A DNA stretch of 63,915 nt, the filler included, from Folioceros fuciformis (Eukaryota): NCBI GenBank assembly GCA_049999805.1. It is 12 parts of 12 records of this genome, joined end to end, with 100 filler letters (N's around TTAATTAATTAA, not from the genome) between each part and the next. Parts side by side here need not be neighbours in the genome. Positions count along the whole stretch, not along the records: positions 40,677 to 48,255 come from JBNGIO010002241.1; positions 48,356 to 51,884 come from JBNGIO010002242.1; positions 51,985 to 54,345 come from JBNGIO010002243.1; positions 54,446 to 62,554 come from JBNGIO010002244.1; 8 more parts are not named here. One strand, 5' to 3'. Positions 46,171 to 60,311 of this stretch are shown here, in pieces. The notes under the pieces are model-generated. The model was not told the DNA's origin. It saw nothing but the letters and a program-made list of their open reading frames with translations, and ran no database searches. Position 1 is the first letter of the stretch. Each line of letters opens with the position of its first letter. The position numbers and the translations under genes are program-made.

Positions 46171-47674
46171 CCATGACGTTGTATTGTGTCGGAAAAAGAA
46201 GATACCTACCTACTAGGATGTCTACCTACATATGTAGGGAGGGTACCTACTTAGATATGTAGGATGTCTGCTTATAGGCATTTGGCCTAGGCCTGATACC
46301 CACGTAGATAGGGAAGGTACTTATATGATAGACACCCCACCTGGAAAAAGGAAGTGGTAGGGAGCCTACCTACGCGGTGGAAATCGTAGGGAGCTTATCT
46401 ACGACAAGTAGGGGACCTACCTACGAGGGGAGCAACAGGGAGCCAACCTATGAAGGGGACATTCTCACCCTAAGTAAGGAAGGAGCCTTAAGTTGAAGAA
46501 CAAGTGGATCCCTTCCCTACCGATATTAGGATATTATTGTATCTATAGGTGGTGGTGAAGGGATGTCCAAGGAGATCCACACAGAGGAAGGTATGGTGGA
46601 AGCTCGCAGATCCAAGAGAAGACGGATCCCAATAATGGAGGGGGGACCAGTAGCTCAGCCTATTGACTCTGCTTCCCTTTAGGAGGAGTCCTAGCCACTC
46701 CCTTTTGGAGGGGGGTCTAAGAATCTTGCACGGCGGCGCTGACAATCCTAATTTTCAGCGGCGCGTTGCCTTGGCAATTATTGGTAGGTCTTAGCCTCTT
46801 GGTAGGTGTGCGTAGTTAAAGTTGGTGGCGCCTTGTGTGAGAGGAGGGTAGCCCACCACCTACATGTAGGAGAGGGTTTATGTGTCAATCTTTTCTGTAA
46901 GAAGGGGCTACACAAAGAAATGAACCACCCTATTCTGCACTCTTATTATGGCGAGTCTTTATGCTCAACAAAGCGTAGGAATCTCGTTGCCGGCTGTGTG
47001 CCATCACAGTGCTTGGTTGTGGCTAGAGTTGGAGTGGTTGAAGTGCTCGGTGGAGGGCTTATATTCTTCCATGGGCACCCCTGCAAGTTGCTTCCCTTGT
47101 GAATGGTTGATGTGTTGCTGTGGGTGTGTGGTGATACTTGTGTGACTGTTGGCTTGAGGGTAGACTCTGGGGAAAGCCTCCCTGAAAGTTCTTGGTAACA
47201 GGTGCAAGCACGTAGTAACCAGCCCTAGGAAAAACTTGTTGGTTATTGGACGTAGGGAAATGAGCAGCTAAATTGTTGGGTTCATGAAGGTGTCACAGGG
47301 AGCCTTGTGAGGAAAGGGTATTGAGTGTAAGGAGGTAGAAATTGGTAGGGGGGAGTATTGGCTCCTTCTAAATGAGAAAATGGTGCCCTCCCATTGTCTG
47401 GACGTGTTGTAGGATTGGTAGGTACGTGATTGGGAGTGTTGACTGTTGTAGGGAATGATAGACATAGCTGACCAAGCTCAGAGGGGAGCGATTCCAGGGA
47501 AGCCTATAATGATCGTAGGATTGATGTGGCCACGATACGTGTGAGCGGGTATCTAGTAGGGGTACTATATCTACTTGCCCACAGCGTGTAGTAATGACTG
47601 CGCGAAAAAGGTCACCCTGTAATCACCATGTGCCCACTCACTTAGGGCTTATTGATTTGTATTTATTGTATAGT

Positions 47675-47766
47675 GACATACATATATACATACATACATG
47701 GTATGTATGTATATATCTATGTATGTATGTACGACTATAGATCATATTGTATATATATATATATAC
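47675..47766. repeat. TACA/TATG/TA microsatellite cluster
   Basis: Direct reading. Confidence 0.8.
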
Positions 47767-48255
47767 AATTATTGGTTTAGGCCCATAATGGATCTACTAT
47801 AATTGGCCGTTCTTTATTTATATTACATAACCAGCTCTATGGGCCCAATGACATCACTTTCTCCTCCTTTCATGTTTATGTTATACAACTTTACTCCCCA
47901 AAGTTTAATCTCAAAGTAACATGTTGTCATCAATTTCAAGCATCTATTGTTCTATGGGGAGGGTTTAATCATGAGCCATAGGAAATGATGCACATGAGCT
48001 CATATTTATACTATAAATTTACAGAAAAAGAATTAAAAATAATAAAAATAATTTTAAAAATATTCTATATATAAAATTTATAAAATATACAAAAATTTCA
48101 AAACAAGAGAGAGGTGAAAAAATGGTGCCCAGAAATAGAGATTTATTTTTATACTTTTTCATATTTTTTATAGTTTTTTTAATCCCATACACGCATAAAT
48201 ACATGCTTCCATTCAAACAAATTGGGAGTAGAGGACGTTGGCATGCTGAAGCCCT

Positions 48256-48355
48256 NNNNNNNNNNNNNNNNNNNNNNNNNNNNNNNNNNNNNNNNNNNNT
48301 TAATTAATTAANNNNNNNNNNNNNNNNNNNNNNNNNNNNNNNNNNNNNNNNNNNN
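48256..48355. other. Artificial contig linker
   Basis: 44N-TTAATTAATTAA-44N. Confidence 0.99.
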
Positions 48356-48743
48356 TCCCCGACCCCGACCTCCCACCTCGCACCGGCTAATTCCCCAAAC
48401 AGAAAGTTCATATTTCACCCACTTACGCAACCCAAAACGTCACGTTGTTCAACGGCATCTCATGTTATGTGCTCCCAATTCGCATTACCACGTCCTCTAA
48501 ATCGGAGAGGACAGCGACCACATGCATCTGCATGTACTGCTACATGATGCCTCCCACAACGGGAGAATGGCCATTCCTATCTACTCTACGTGCAATTGCA
48601 CCATGGGGTTAAAAACCTCTCCTCTTCATGAACAAAATTTGCATGCGAGTGGGCAGGAAGGAGAACCAACTCTCACCAAAATGCTCCTCCCTCAATTTCT
48701 CTATCCAATATACTAGAGACCTAAAGGTTCCACAGTGCTCAAC

Positions 48744-51047
48744 TTAGCACACGTTCACCTTCTTCCTAGCAAGGTCGGCACGGTACTTCAAAGGCACACC
48801 TTCTGCCTCCAACTCCTTCAACTTGCGTGCCTTGATTACTTCCAGTCGTTGTCTCTCAATCTCAAGCTTTGCACGAAGCCTGACGCCCTCTTCAACCCAC
48901 TCCTCGTGCTCGGCAATCTTCTTTTCTTTCTTCTTCCGAATCTGCTGCAGTATGTGGTCTTGATGCTCTTTTTCCATCTTCGCCAAAGCAAGTGCCTTAG
49001 CCTGGGCCTTAGCCACCTCCTCCTTCTGTGCTTGAATGATCCTATAGTATTCTTTCTCTTCTACCTTTGCTAGATCAGCTAGCTTCTTCACCTTCAACAT
49101 CTTCTGATTCTCTCTGGAATCCACCAAATCATCCATCATATTTTTCACTCTTTCTGCTTCTTTTCTCTCCTTCTCTCGCCAAGCCCTTTCCGTCTGCTCA
49201 TAAGCTCGTTGAGCCCGCAAAGCATCAAGTTCTATTTGCTTATCCTTTACTTTCTCTTGCATTTTTCTCAACCGAATCGTCTCCATTTCTCGTTCCTTTT
49301 TCACTCGCTCAACTTGGTCAAGATGAGCTTGCAACTTCTTATCCCTTTCAAGCACATATTGCTCAATTCGCCTCATCTCTTCTCGATCTCTCAGCACTTT
49401 CTGTTTCTTCTCCAAAATAGCTTCGTCGTTATCTTTCATAACTTGAGTTAATAGCTTTCTACCCTCTTCATGTTTATGTGCTGCTTTTGCATCATCTTCA
49501 GCTTTGAGTTGTTCAATATGCTGTACCAAGGCTTGACCTTCTAATATTTTTTCCTCTTGGTCATTTTTCTTTTTAGCAGCCCGTTCCTAATATTCAACAA
49601 GACAATATATTTTAACATGTAAAATTTTGATGTAGTAAAAATAAATCAGACTTAAATAAGATTAGCTTACGGCTATCTGCTTCAAAATCAGTTTAGCTCC
49701 TTCTCTTCGCTCTCGATCTTTCTGGGCTTCTATCGTTGCACGAATCTCATGCTTTCTGTTACTGTCAGCTTGCATCATAGCATCGAGCTCAAGTCTCTCT
49801 TGCTTATCGTCTTTGATGCGCTTAGCCTAAGTAATATCCATCTGCTTGAGTAATATTACCACCACAAAGGTGGTCATAAACTTTAATTACTTTAAATACT
49901 TGTCATAAACTACCTTTTCTTCCTTTTGTTTGTCCCTTATAGTTACACATCTTGAATATGTCATCATAGCATTCATCCTTTTCACATCATCTATAGCATC
50001 CTCCCACTCCTTCATTGCATTTGTCATTGTTCTACAGCAAATGGAATTACATCATCACTCTAATCTACCCACAAAAATAAATTATCATGCAAATAAGATT
50101 TTATCAAAAAAGAAAAAGAAAAGGTCGTACGCAGTATCAGCCTCCAGTTTAAGCTTTTCAGTGTAAGACATGTCTCCACTTTTAGCCTTCATCTCTTCTT
50201 CTAGCTACAAGTGCAATTACAACAAGATGAAATATTAGATTCGTTTGGAGTGTGTAATTATTTGAATTAGTTTCATATTAGTTGTCACAAAATTCAAATC
50301 TTACTTTCTGCATTTTTGCCTTTCTTGCATTTGCTATAGCATTGATTTGGGCCCTTTCTGCTTCCTTTTGCTCTTTGATCCGTTGGTGGTCTTCTGGAGT
50401 GAGAATCACACATGCTTCCTACAAAGGAAGATGGGTTTTGTTCAAAGATATAAGAAAGGGAGAATGACATTCAATCATGCACTATACATATGTTTGAAGG
50501 GGAAAAAAGAATAAAAAATCAACCTTAATTCGAGCAATATCACCAGTTGTTACAACAACAGTGTCTGTATCTTCCCTCTCTTCCTGGATGCTTCGTCTTC
50601 TTTGAGAAGGTCGTCTAGGCCAACCTTCACCCACTTTTAACATGCCCTATTGGACAAGGATAAACAAATGATGAACTGGTGGAAGACATTTTCAAGATCA
50701 ATCAATGAACACCTATAACATTTCCACAGACCGGTTTGATGGTTGTGTAATCAAATTTCGAGAACTCATTTGAGTCCTTCCTTTTCTTATCATTTTCAGG
50801 TTTGTTGCCAAAAAGTTTCTCATCAACTTCACTTTTCTTTGAGATCTACACAAAGTTCATGACCAACACCACAAACTTAACACACCCTTCACTAAGTGCA
50901 TCTTGCTCATTGGACTTGGTTAAGTAATGCTTGTAGTATTACTAGTTTATATCTTGCAATGCTCTTGGTATCTGTAGAAGCTCCACTTCGAGAGGATGTG
51001 TCTGTTTGTTTCTTAGCAGCAGGTTTCAGCTGGGTTGGAGCTCCCAT
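48744..51047 (-). CDS. CFAP45: Cilia- and flagella-associated protein 45 (CCDC19), 8 exons, 548 aa
   Basis: Exons 50943-51047, 50732-50845, 50524-50646, 50305-50418, 50131-50204, 49914-50031, 49671-49826, 48744-49586; all GT..AG and frame-consistent (1647 nt). Motifs SEVDEKLFG, DDVKRMNAMMTYSRCVTIRDKQ, ELDALRAQRAYEQTERAWR, KLKELEAEGVPLKY recognised from memory. Confidence 0.9.
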
Positions 51048-51884
51048 CTTGAATTATTGAATCCATTCAAACCCATATCATAAAATTACCGCATCATGTA
51101 CAAAGATCAAGAAACACCCAACATATCATATTGGTTCAATTTTTCTGCTTACATATAAAACCCTACTTCAAAGCATTTGAAGTTAGATCAATAGTTCCAC
51201 AACATGGCAAACACATCCTTTGGGTAGCGTATTAGGCTAAAGCTTATTTGACAAGTGATGAAAAATTACAACTCAATTAAAGAAAAATAAACACCTCTTG
51301 CAGCGTAAAATTCTTGAAAATGGGAGCCCACTTTTCCTTGCTATGGATCTCGGAAGCCTCACATCACAAATTTATGAATTTTATGGGATATCCATATCTT
51401 CGGATAATCTGAGCATGATCTTACATTGTCCTTAATGTCACAATCTAAGATCTTGATGTTTCTTGACTAATATCAGTATAATTCTATAGGATAGTTATAT
51501 TAAAATCTAATAATATTTTTAAATAATTTTGTAAAAATAAAAAAGAAATAAATTAGTAGGTTTTATTCATCTGTGAAATGAGACCTATTTTATGATATAT
51601 AATAGGGGGAAATAGGTTTAGGAAATATATAAGAAATATAATAAAAGGGTTAACGAGAGATCCAATGGATATGTTCTTATATTTGGCATGCTTCTAGAAG
51701 ATTGAAATCAGGTCCATGCACATGCATTAACGATCGTAGGAGTATGGAAATCGAGAAGAAAGGTGTGCGCGAGTGATAAAAAGGGAGGGCGTCGTCGAAG
51801 ATCGTGAAGCTGGTAGGTGAAAAATCGATGAATCGGATAAAGGTGAAAGGCGTGAGCGGATGGAGGAGCATATCAACCTGGGAT

Positions 51885-51984
51885 NNNNNNNNNNNNNNNN
51901 NNNNNNNNNNNNNNNNNNNNNNNNNNNNTTAATTAATTAANNNNNNNNNNNNNNNNNNNNNNNNNNNNNNNNNNNNNNNNNNNN
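51885..51984. other. Artificial contig linker
   Basis: 44N-TTAATTAATTAA-44N. Confidence 0.99.
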
Positions 51985-52399
51985 AGAAATGATTAGGGAA
52001 CAGGCCAATTGTGGACTTAGGCAAAAGTAAGGGCCGAGACGATGGGGCGACGGTAGCCGGCAGGGCAACCATCGTCGGAGGGACGACTAGTGGTAGCCCG
52101 ACGGGTGGTAAGGAGAGAAAGCAGGCAGGGCATAAAAACCCTAGAGAAGGGGGAGCTTTGTCCAGCATCCGAAAGCGCGGGGAGCGGGAGTAACTTCAAG
52201 AGTGAAGCTGCTGAAGGAGGAGAAAGCGCCAGGACGACGGGACAGACGGCGCAGGGCGTGAGGGTTGAGTAGGCACAGGGGAGTGGGAGACCTCCAAGGC
52301 GCGAGCGGTGGAGAGAGTTGGGCGAACAGAGGAAGAGCCAGAGCGCGTCCAGGACAGAAGAGTTCCGAGCCCGAGCGTGAGGGGAGGAGGACAGGCAGG

Positions 52400-53810
52400 A
52401 TGAGGTCCCGGCCTGAACTGATCCCTGGAGCAGCAGCCTCTAGACAGGAGGGGGGGCCTCCTGTCCCCCGAATTGACCTACTCATGTGGCCCAATATGGA
52501 GCACTAGAGGGTCAGGGCAAGAAAGTTGGTGGTAGAGCTGGGTCTGAACTTTATGACCCAGAAGTGGAACCATGGAGCACCCCAGCTGGTCAGGGAGTGC
52601 ACCCTGAGGCTGATAGAGCCTATACGCGAGGAGGGGATCAGAGGCAGACCCAATGAATGGAACCTGGAGTTGATCAGGAGGGTCTACGGGCGCGACCAAC
52701 AGGAGGCAGGGGGACTGGTGCTGGAGTCCCTGAAGAGGCGTGGCGGAACAGGAGCCGCGGAAACGCTGCTCAAGGCAGGCACGAGAAAGGAAGCGAACGG
52801 GTGGCTGGTGCGCGACATGGCAAGTCCCCAGCTGTTGGGATTGGCCAGGTGGTTCCTGAGCTTCTTGCAGGTACACAAACAGGATTATCTGTCCGATCAG
52901 ATGCTCCTGTTTGTGCATGAAGTAGTGAAGGGCACCAGGATCGACTGGGGAAGGATTTTATACACCCGGATGGATGAGGAGAGGCAGAACCTGATCCGAC
53001 CCAGCCCTGAACCTTCTATGATTTCCCCGTTTCTAATCCATGTTTACAGTTACGCTAACCTGGTCATTGAGCTAGAAAGGCTGGCCTCGCTGCACCTGTG
53101 GAAGCCAGTTCGTGATGTGAAGTGGAAGCCTGCTGAGCCAGCAAGGGCTGCCTCCAGCAGTTGGGAAGCTGACAGTGGGGATAGCTCGCAGGAGGAAACC
53201 CCAGTCAAGCCTAGGAAGAGGAGGGCGCCACAAAAGAAGACTCCTGCCAGGAGGAAAAGGACCAGAGGACAAAGTGTGAGCATTGGGGCTGATCAGGAGG
53301 AAGGGGGGACAGCCCAGGAGCAGACAGGTCAGCAGGAGGCAGAACGAGAACCAACTATCCAGGGAATCAAGGACCGAAGGTTGGAGGAGCAAGGTCAGGG
53401 TGGGACAAGACCCGAGGAGCCACCGGATCAGGTGATGGCAGCCGACACAGTTTCCTCCAGACAGGAGGATAAGTTAGGGCACGTTTCAGCACAGGAGGGT
53501 TCCTCAAGGTGGAAGGACATTTCAGGTGCAAGCCTCAAAGAGACAAGTTGCAGGTGGGGGACCTGGACAAGTTGCGAGAATTCCTGGGCAGACAAATCAC
53601 GGCGAGAGGAATGGGCACCGGAGGGATGCAGGAGGTGGACCTACCCGGGCTGACTGCTGCGATGGTGCAGGCCCAAGCAGACCTCCTGGAGCAGGCTGCT
53701 AGGGCCCTGACCTAGTTAAGTGTATAAGCGGAGCGAGAGGTCGAGGCTTGGGGAAAAGAGGAGAAGGCTCGTGAGCGAGAGGCTGAAGCAAGGAGGCAAC
53801 TGGTGGAGTC
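52400..53810 (+). pseudogene. Retrotransposon accessory ORF, copy 3
   Basis: ATG at 52400, stop at 52505, then 375-aa ORF 52526-53653 with a frameshifted coiled-coil continuation. Confidence 0.85.
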
Positions 53811-54345
53811 GGAGACGTCTATAACTAGGATTGATAGCAGATAGATTGCATAAAACAAATCATTGATTATGGCGTGCCCGTGTGTCCGCTTAAAAGATGT
53901 GCGGGTGGACACGACCGTTAGGAGTGTCCCGTGACTTGTGGTGGTTGTCGTTTCATTACGACGGTATGAATCACGACGATTCATATCCGTCGATTTGTTT
54001 TTATTTTTAGCCTAATTAATTATAGAAATAATGCTGGTTATTTAATATCTATTTATCCTACCTCCTATTCCTTTTACTCCCACTTAGCTAGATTATTTCC
54101 TACTGCAATTTAATTATGCTGAAAATAACGACTTTTCGTGCATTTTTCCAGCCAAGTTAGGGCATGATAAAAAAGGTCTTGGACTAGGGCTTGCCTTAGC
54201 GGCTGATTCGGCGGCTGAAACGCCATCGGGCTAGGGCTTGCCTCGGCTGGCCGAAACGCCAACCACTTGCGCAATTCGCTCCCTTTCGCGCTCGCACACT
54301 GAGATCCTGGTGCCTTCGCGCTCCAAGATCGATGCTCACTGTATT

Positions 54346-54445
54346 NNNNNNNNNNNNNNNNNNNNNNNNNNNNNNNNNNNNNNNNNNNNTTAATTAATTA
54401 ANNNNNNNNNNNNNNNNNNNNNNNNNNNNNNNNNNNNNNNNNNNN
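54346..54445. other. Artificial contig linker
   Basis: 44N-TTAATTAATTAA-44N. Confidence 0.99.
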
Positions 54446-54708
54446 AGTGACTGGAGTGAGTTTGTGGGCACCGAGAGAGGTGCAGCTGACCGCCGGACAG
54501 CGAGGCCTGTCCTACGCCTGATCGGAGCTGGAGGGGAGCCCTCGAATCCATCATCGAGTCGATCAAGTCCGACCCTCCATCCACAGCAGCAAGGAACCCC
54601 ATCGCTCCTTCGTGGGAACGAAACCCAATGTCTCAACGACAGTGGGATAAGTGTGGCCACTAAAGGTGGAACCCATTGGCAATCAGTGCCCGGGGTTTTG
54701 CCTCCACA
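54446..54708 (+). repeat. LTR family B 3' end
   Basis: Reverse complement of 22914-23175; ends TCCACA. Confidence 0.9.
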
Positions 54709-55292
54709 TATAACTATCTCCATACTTATCCACAAGGGATGTGACGAGCTAAAAGTGGAAAAGTGGATCACTTTCTAGCGCTGTGAGGAATTTCTATGCT
54801 GCCTCTTGGTCTGTCAGCATTCTTGTACCCTCTCGCAATTTCTATAGTCGACGAAAGGTCATTTGAACAATTTCACCTTTCTTGCGCGCAAAACTTGCTA
54901 ACTCAGCAATCTTCTCAGGTGTCTTGAGGGGAAAATCTTTTCCAAAATCCCCGAAAATGTTGAGAGTAACCGTGCCGTTAGGGTTACACGTTATATAAAC
55001 ATACGTCATTTAGATTAGGGCTATGTATATCAAAGTGACTTAGTTAAGCCTAATTACAAAAGGACATGACTTTACAATTTTGTATATTAGGAGAAACTTA
55101 TCATCAATTAATCGTTCATTCATTTGGCAAGTTTGCTATCCAAGTCTGTTATCCAAGTTTTGTATTCTTGTCCAACGATCCTTAAACATGGTATTGTAAT
55201 TGAGAGTGCTAGTGATGGGATATGCAGCTAAACACATCACTAGGCATTCACTATGTCTAATCATGTGTCTAGTTGCAGACCCCTCCGCCTGC

Positions 55293-55996
55293 GCTCCTCA
55301 CCTCAACACACCAACTCCACACTCCAGCACTTCAGTTTTTCAACCCTTCATCCCTTCACCCTCACGTTGCACTCCTAGATTTTAGAACACAACAGCCCCT
55401 CACTTGCAGTCCTTGAGGCAAGGATGTGCAGACCCAGGCTGCATAGCCTCCTTGGCTCATAGCCCTGCAATCTGTCGCCTTGGAAACCCCTTAGGGACGT
55501 CAAGGTACCCCAACCAGCATACAAGAAAGGTCAGCCCTTGCGGATCTGGCCACCCAGATCTTAGTACTTTTGGGAGCCACCACATTCCCCTAGTGGCATG
55601 GGGAATCAAGGCCGAGGTGCATCTGCACACTGGATTAACCTTCTAACGCAACAACCTGCACACAAGGTCAAGGGAGCTCTCACCAAAAAAACCTCTCCCC
55701 TTAATAATAGGCCTGGCCTCTTATACTCCCTTGGCCCGGAACCCCTGTCACTGTCTAACCAGGTCGGCACGCCTTAGACAGAACCCTTCACTCATGAAAA
55801 CCCTAAACCTAAGTCCGACCTAATCCTAACCCTAACTTTGCCTGGCTCCCGAATCCAGCCCCCAGCCATCTCACCGTTAATCTAACTCTAATTTAATCGA
55901 ATCTTCTAACCTTTCCTCTACATCACTCACTCACAGATCTAAAAAAAAAGAGAACCCATCATTTCCCAGGGGTCTGTTCAGCATATGGAGTCCACA
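55293..55996 (-). repeat. LTR family A copy (partial)
   Basis: Matches 24711-25403; ends GAGTCCACA and truncates the copia RT. Confidence 0.88.
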
Positions 55997-58900
55997 CCAA
56001 GGTTTGATATAAACCTGCTAACTACTCCCACTACAAAAGCAATGTCAAGACGTGTAGCAATCATTGCATACATCAAACTCCCTACAGCTGATGAGTATGA
56101 AACCTTCTCCATTTCAGCTTTGTCCTCCGCAGAACTTGGGCAATCCTTGCTCGAAAGTTTCACATATGGAGACAACGGAGTACTCAATACCTTCCCCTTC
56201 TCCATATTGAAACGTTGAAGCACCCTGTTAATGTTTTCAGTCTGAGTCAAGTAAAGCAAATGCTTATGTCTGTCTCGACGAATACACATGCCAATAATAT
56301 GGGTGGCCTCTCCCAAGTCGGTCATGTCAAAGCGAGCATTCAACTTTGACTTCAACACTTAAATCTCATCATTGCTATTCGCAGCAATTAGCATATCATC
56401 CACATAGAGGACCAAAATGAGCAAGCTTCCATCCTTAGCTTGCTTCGTATAGAGGCAATGATCCTCCTCGCTACGTTTGTAGCTTTGAGAAAGCATAAAT
56501 GAGTGGAACTTGTAATACCACTCCCTGGGTGCCTGCTTCAAACCATAAAGGCTCTTCTTTAACTTACACACCAGATTCTCTTTGCCCTTTTGAATAAAAC
56601 CCTCTGGTTGCTGCATGTATACCTCTTCCTGGAGATCACTATGCAGAAATGCCGACTTCACATCCATCTGGACAAGTTCCATGTCATTCCTCGCAACCAG
56701 AGCAAGAACACATCGCAAGGTTGTCATTTTGACAACTGGTGAGAAAATCTCATCAAAGTCTATACATTGCTATTGCTTAAAACCCTTAGCAACCAATCGC
56801 GTCTTGTACTTGGGTTTGCCATAATGGGGTATGTCCTTCATCTTATACACCCATTTGCATGGCAATGCCTTCTTGCCCCTAGGCAACCGAACCAACTCCC
56901 AAGTTTGGTTCTTATGGAGCGAATCCATCTGCAACTGCATCGCCTTCTCCCACTTGTCCTTGTCAGTCACTGACATGGCCTCTTGATAACAAGAGGGCTC
57001 CCCACAATCCGTCAACATGACATAATCAAGAGATGCAACATACCTGTCAGGAGGACATGAAATCCTTGCTGACCTCTGAAGCACAGGCGCCTCGACCGGA
57101 GCTGGTTGCACTCTCTCTTCTTCTACAAGGGGAGGAACGGGTTCCTGCACATCACGGCGTTCAACCTGCATGGGACCGTCAAGTCCATCTTCTTGAAAGA
57201 CCACCCGTCGCACCTCCACAGTTGGAATAGGCTTCTTGTGCATCTTGGTCTCATTGAAGAACACGACATTGCTGTGAACCACCCTCTTGGCCTCTAGATC
57301 CCATAGACGATATCCCATCTCACCAGATTCACCATAGCCAAGAGAAATACATTTTCTTGACTTGCGAGCCAACTTGTCCTGAAACTCCTACGGAACATGG
57401 TTGTATGCCTCGCAGCCAGACACTTGTAGATGCTTGTATGACGACTTCTTTCCAGACCACATCTTCTCTAGAACCTGCTCATTTACAGCCTTATTAGGAG
57501 ATATGTTAATAAGATGCATCGCAGTAGCCACCGCTTCTACCCAAAATCCGTTAGGCAATCCAGAGTTTGACAACAAACTACGCATCCTCTCCTGGATGGT
57601 CATGTTCATTCATTCAACCACACCATTCTAGGGGGGAGTATACGGGGCAATCAATTCTCTCTTGATTCCCTTAGAACCCAGATACATTTGGTGGGGATAG
57701 ACCAAGAGATCGGACGCACGTGCCTAGGCTCACAAGAACAAACTGAACTAATTACATTGCAACGGGGGTGGACAAGGATATCTGATCCAAGTCCTATGAA
57801 CAGTTACAACCGTCACTTAACTGTTGTTTAGGGTTTCTCATAAACAACTAACCCTAGGTATATGACAATGACTAACTAAATAATACTTATTTCTCAACAG
57901 CTTCTTTCCAGACCACATCTCCTCTGTAACCTGCTCATTCACAGCCTTATTAGGAGATCTGTTAATAAGATGCACCGCAGTAGCCATTGCTTTTGCCCAA
58001 AATCTGTTAGGCAATCTAGAGTTTGACAACAAACTACGCATCCTCTTCTGGATGGTCCTGTTCATTCGTTCAACCACACCATTCTGGGGAGGAGTATACG
58101 GGGCAATCAATTCTCTTGTGATTTCCTTGGAATCACAGAATGGATGACGCAGTTGGATGACGTTGGCTACCACTGTTGGTTTGGAAATCATTCTTGGAAG
58201 ATCTCTAAAGGTTCTCTTGTGTTAGCTTGTGGATCGAAGTGTGGCACATTGTACTCACTTCAGGTAACCAGTGTCAAGGATCATGTGATTTGTGTAACGG
58301 AACAACCAAGTGTTTCTTTGTGGCATTGTCAGTTAAGACGTATGTCTTGTAGGAAAGCCTTCGAAACATACTCTCCCCCATTGTCTATCCTTAGACTTTT
58401 TAGTCGGAGGCCAGACTGCTTCTCCTCAAGGGTGACGAATTTTTGAAACACTGTCCTTTTTCCTCAAAGGATAAACCCACACATGAAAGTGACAAAATAG
58501 GATGCACCACCTAACGATACAGTGGGCATAGGTCCACAAACGTCACTGTGAACCAATTCAAGAGGTTTACTTTTGTGTTTACCTCTTGCTCCATGTGGTG
58601 ACTTTGTTTGTTTCCCATACAAACAGTGCTCACACACGGAGTAATCAGAGAAGTCAAAAGCAGGGATGTAACCAAAACGAGATAAGATCTTCATTCCTTT
58701 TTGAGACATACGTCCTAATCGACAATGCCACAAAGAAACACTTGGTTATTCCGTTACACAAATCACATGATCCTTGACAGCGGTTACCTGAAGTGAGTAC
58801 AAAGTGCCACACTTCGATCCACGAGCTAACACAAGAGAACCTTTAGAGAGCTTCCAAGAATGATTTCCAAACCAACAGTGGTAGCCAGCGTCATTCAACT

Positions 58901-60019
58901 GCCCTGCGCTAATCACGCTTTTTGTCAACTTTGGAACATGCCTAACATTCGTCAGTATGAATGAAGATCTGTTGTCGAACTTCAGCTGCACATCACCAAC
59001 GCCTGCAATCTCGCATGCGTAGTTATTTCCAAGTCGAACACATCCTTTTCTAGTAGCATCATAGGTGCTAAACCACTCCCTATGCGGAGTAACATGGAAA
59101 GATGCTCTAGAGTCAATTATCCAATTAGAGAATAAGTGACTATCCACGGCTGTCAGTTGTGTAGAATCGAAGGAAGAAGATATAAGAACATTTCCATCGT
59201 CAATAGAATTCACCTCGTCAGGCTTGATACTCGGACTTGCCTTGTTGTCGCTCTGCTTCTTCTCCTTTCCTTTGTCCTTCTTGAACTTCTCGCAGTCCCT
59301 TCTGATCTTACCCTTCTTGTGACAATGGTAACACTCAACATTGTTACGACTACGAGATTTACTACGGGAAAGACTTTGCTCCTTGTACTTCCCCTTAAAG
59401 TGGACCTTTCTCTCACCATGAGGGCATTGGAACCTTTCGAAGGTTCCATATTCTTCCTGTTCACCTCCTCTATTAACAGGCTACCTTCTATTTTTACAAC
59501 GGTAAGACCACTGGCAGGAGCGGAAATACTCAAAGCTGTACGAAAGGTGTCCCTACTCTCTGGTAATGTGACCAACAAAAACATAGCTCTCATGGAATTT
59601 GGGAACGAGATGCCTTGAGATGAGAGCTGAATGAAAATGGTATTGAACTCATTCAGATGATCGGACATCCTCGTCCCTTCCTTCATCTTCAAGTCCACCA
59701 GCTATTTCAACTAGTACACCTGAGAAGCCGCACTTTGCTTCTCATACAACTTACACAACTTCTGCCATAGCTCGTAACTTGTGGTCTTGTCTTTCACACT
59801 GAAGTAGACCGACTTCGACAATGTTAGCATGATGGTAGACCTAGCAAGCTCATCTAGATCATGCCACTCATCCTGAGTCATGCTAATAGGTTTCACTGCT
59901 AGCAACTTTATGGGCTTGATCTTCTGCACTAGAACATTATACACTTGTTCTTTCCAGAACGGGAACTTAGTACCATCTAACTTCTCGATATTGAACATGA
60001 CGTTTTCTGAGGACGTCAT
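55997..60019 (-). mobile_element. Degenerate Tnt1/Tork-like Ty1/copia gag-pol
   Basis: IEKLDGTKFPFWK, WIIDSRASFHVT, WHCRLGRMSQKGM, VHSDVCGPM, QMDVKSAFLH, LYVDDMLI; internal duplications. Confidence 0.93.
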
Positions 60020-60311
60020 GATTCAAATAATCGATGCAAATCAAGCAAAAGGCTAGTTAGAAACCAGTTGGGATGTAATGTAGATTTTGTTACCCTTACA
60101 CCTCGTTCTGATTCGGCTGACCACAATTTATGCCTCGGTCGCTCATGATTGCAGTATCCCGTCGTCCGATCGAGATTTCGACGCCTCACGACCGGGATCG
60201 ATTTAGCCCACGCCTTCGCCCTCGGCGTCGGAGCGAGGAACCTCTACAAGGGTTGAGCGCAGCCAGAAGGTCAGCCATGCTCGGAGGAAGAGAAGCCACC
60301 GTGGCGACAGG

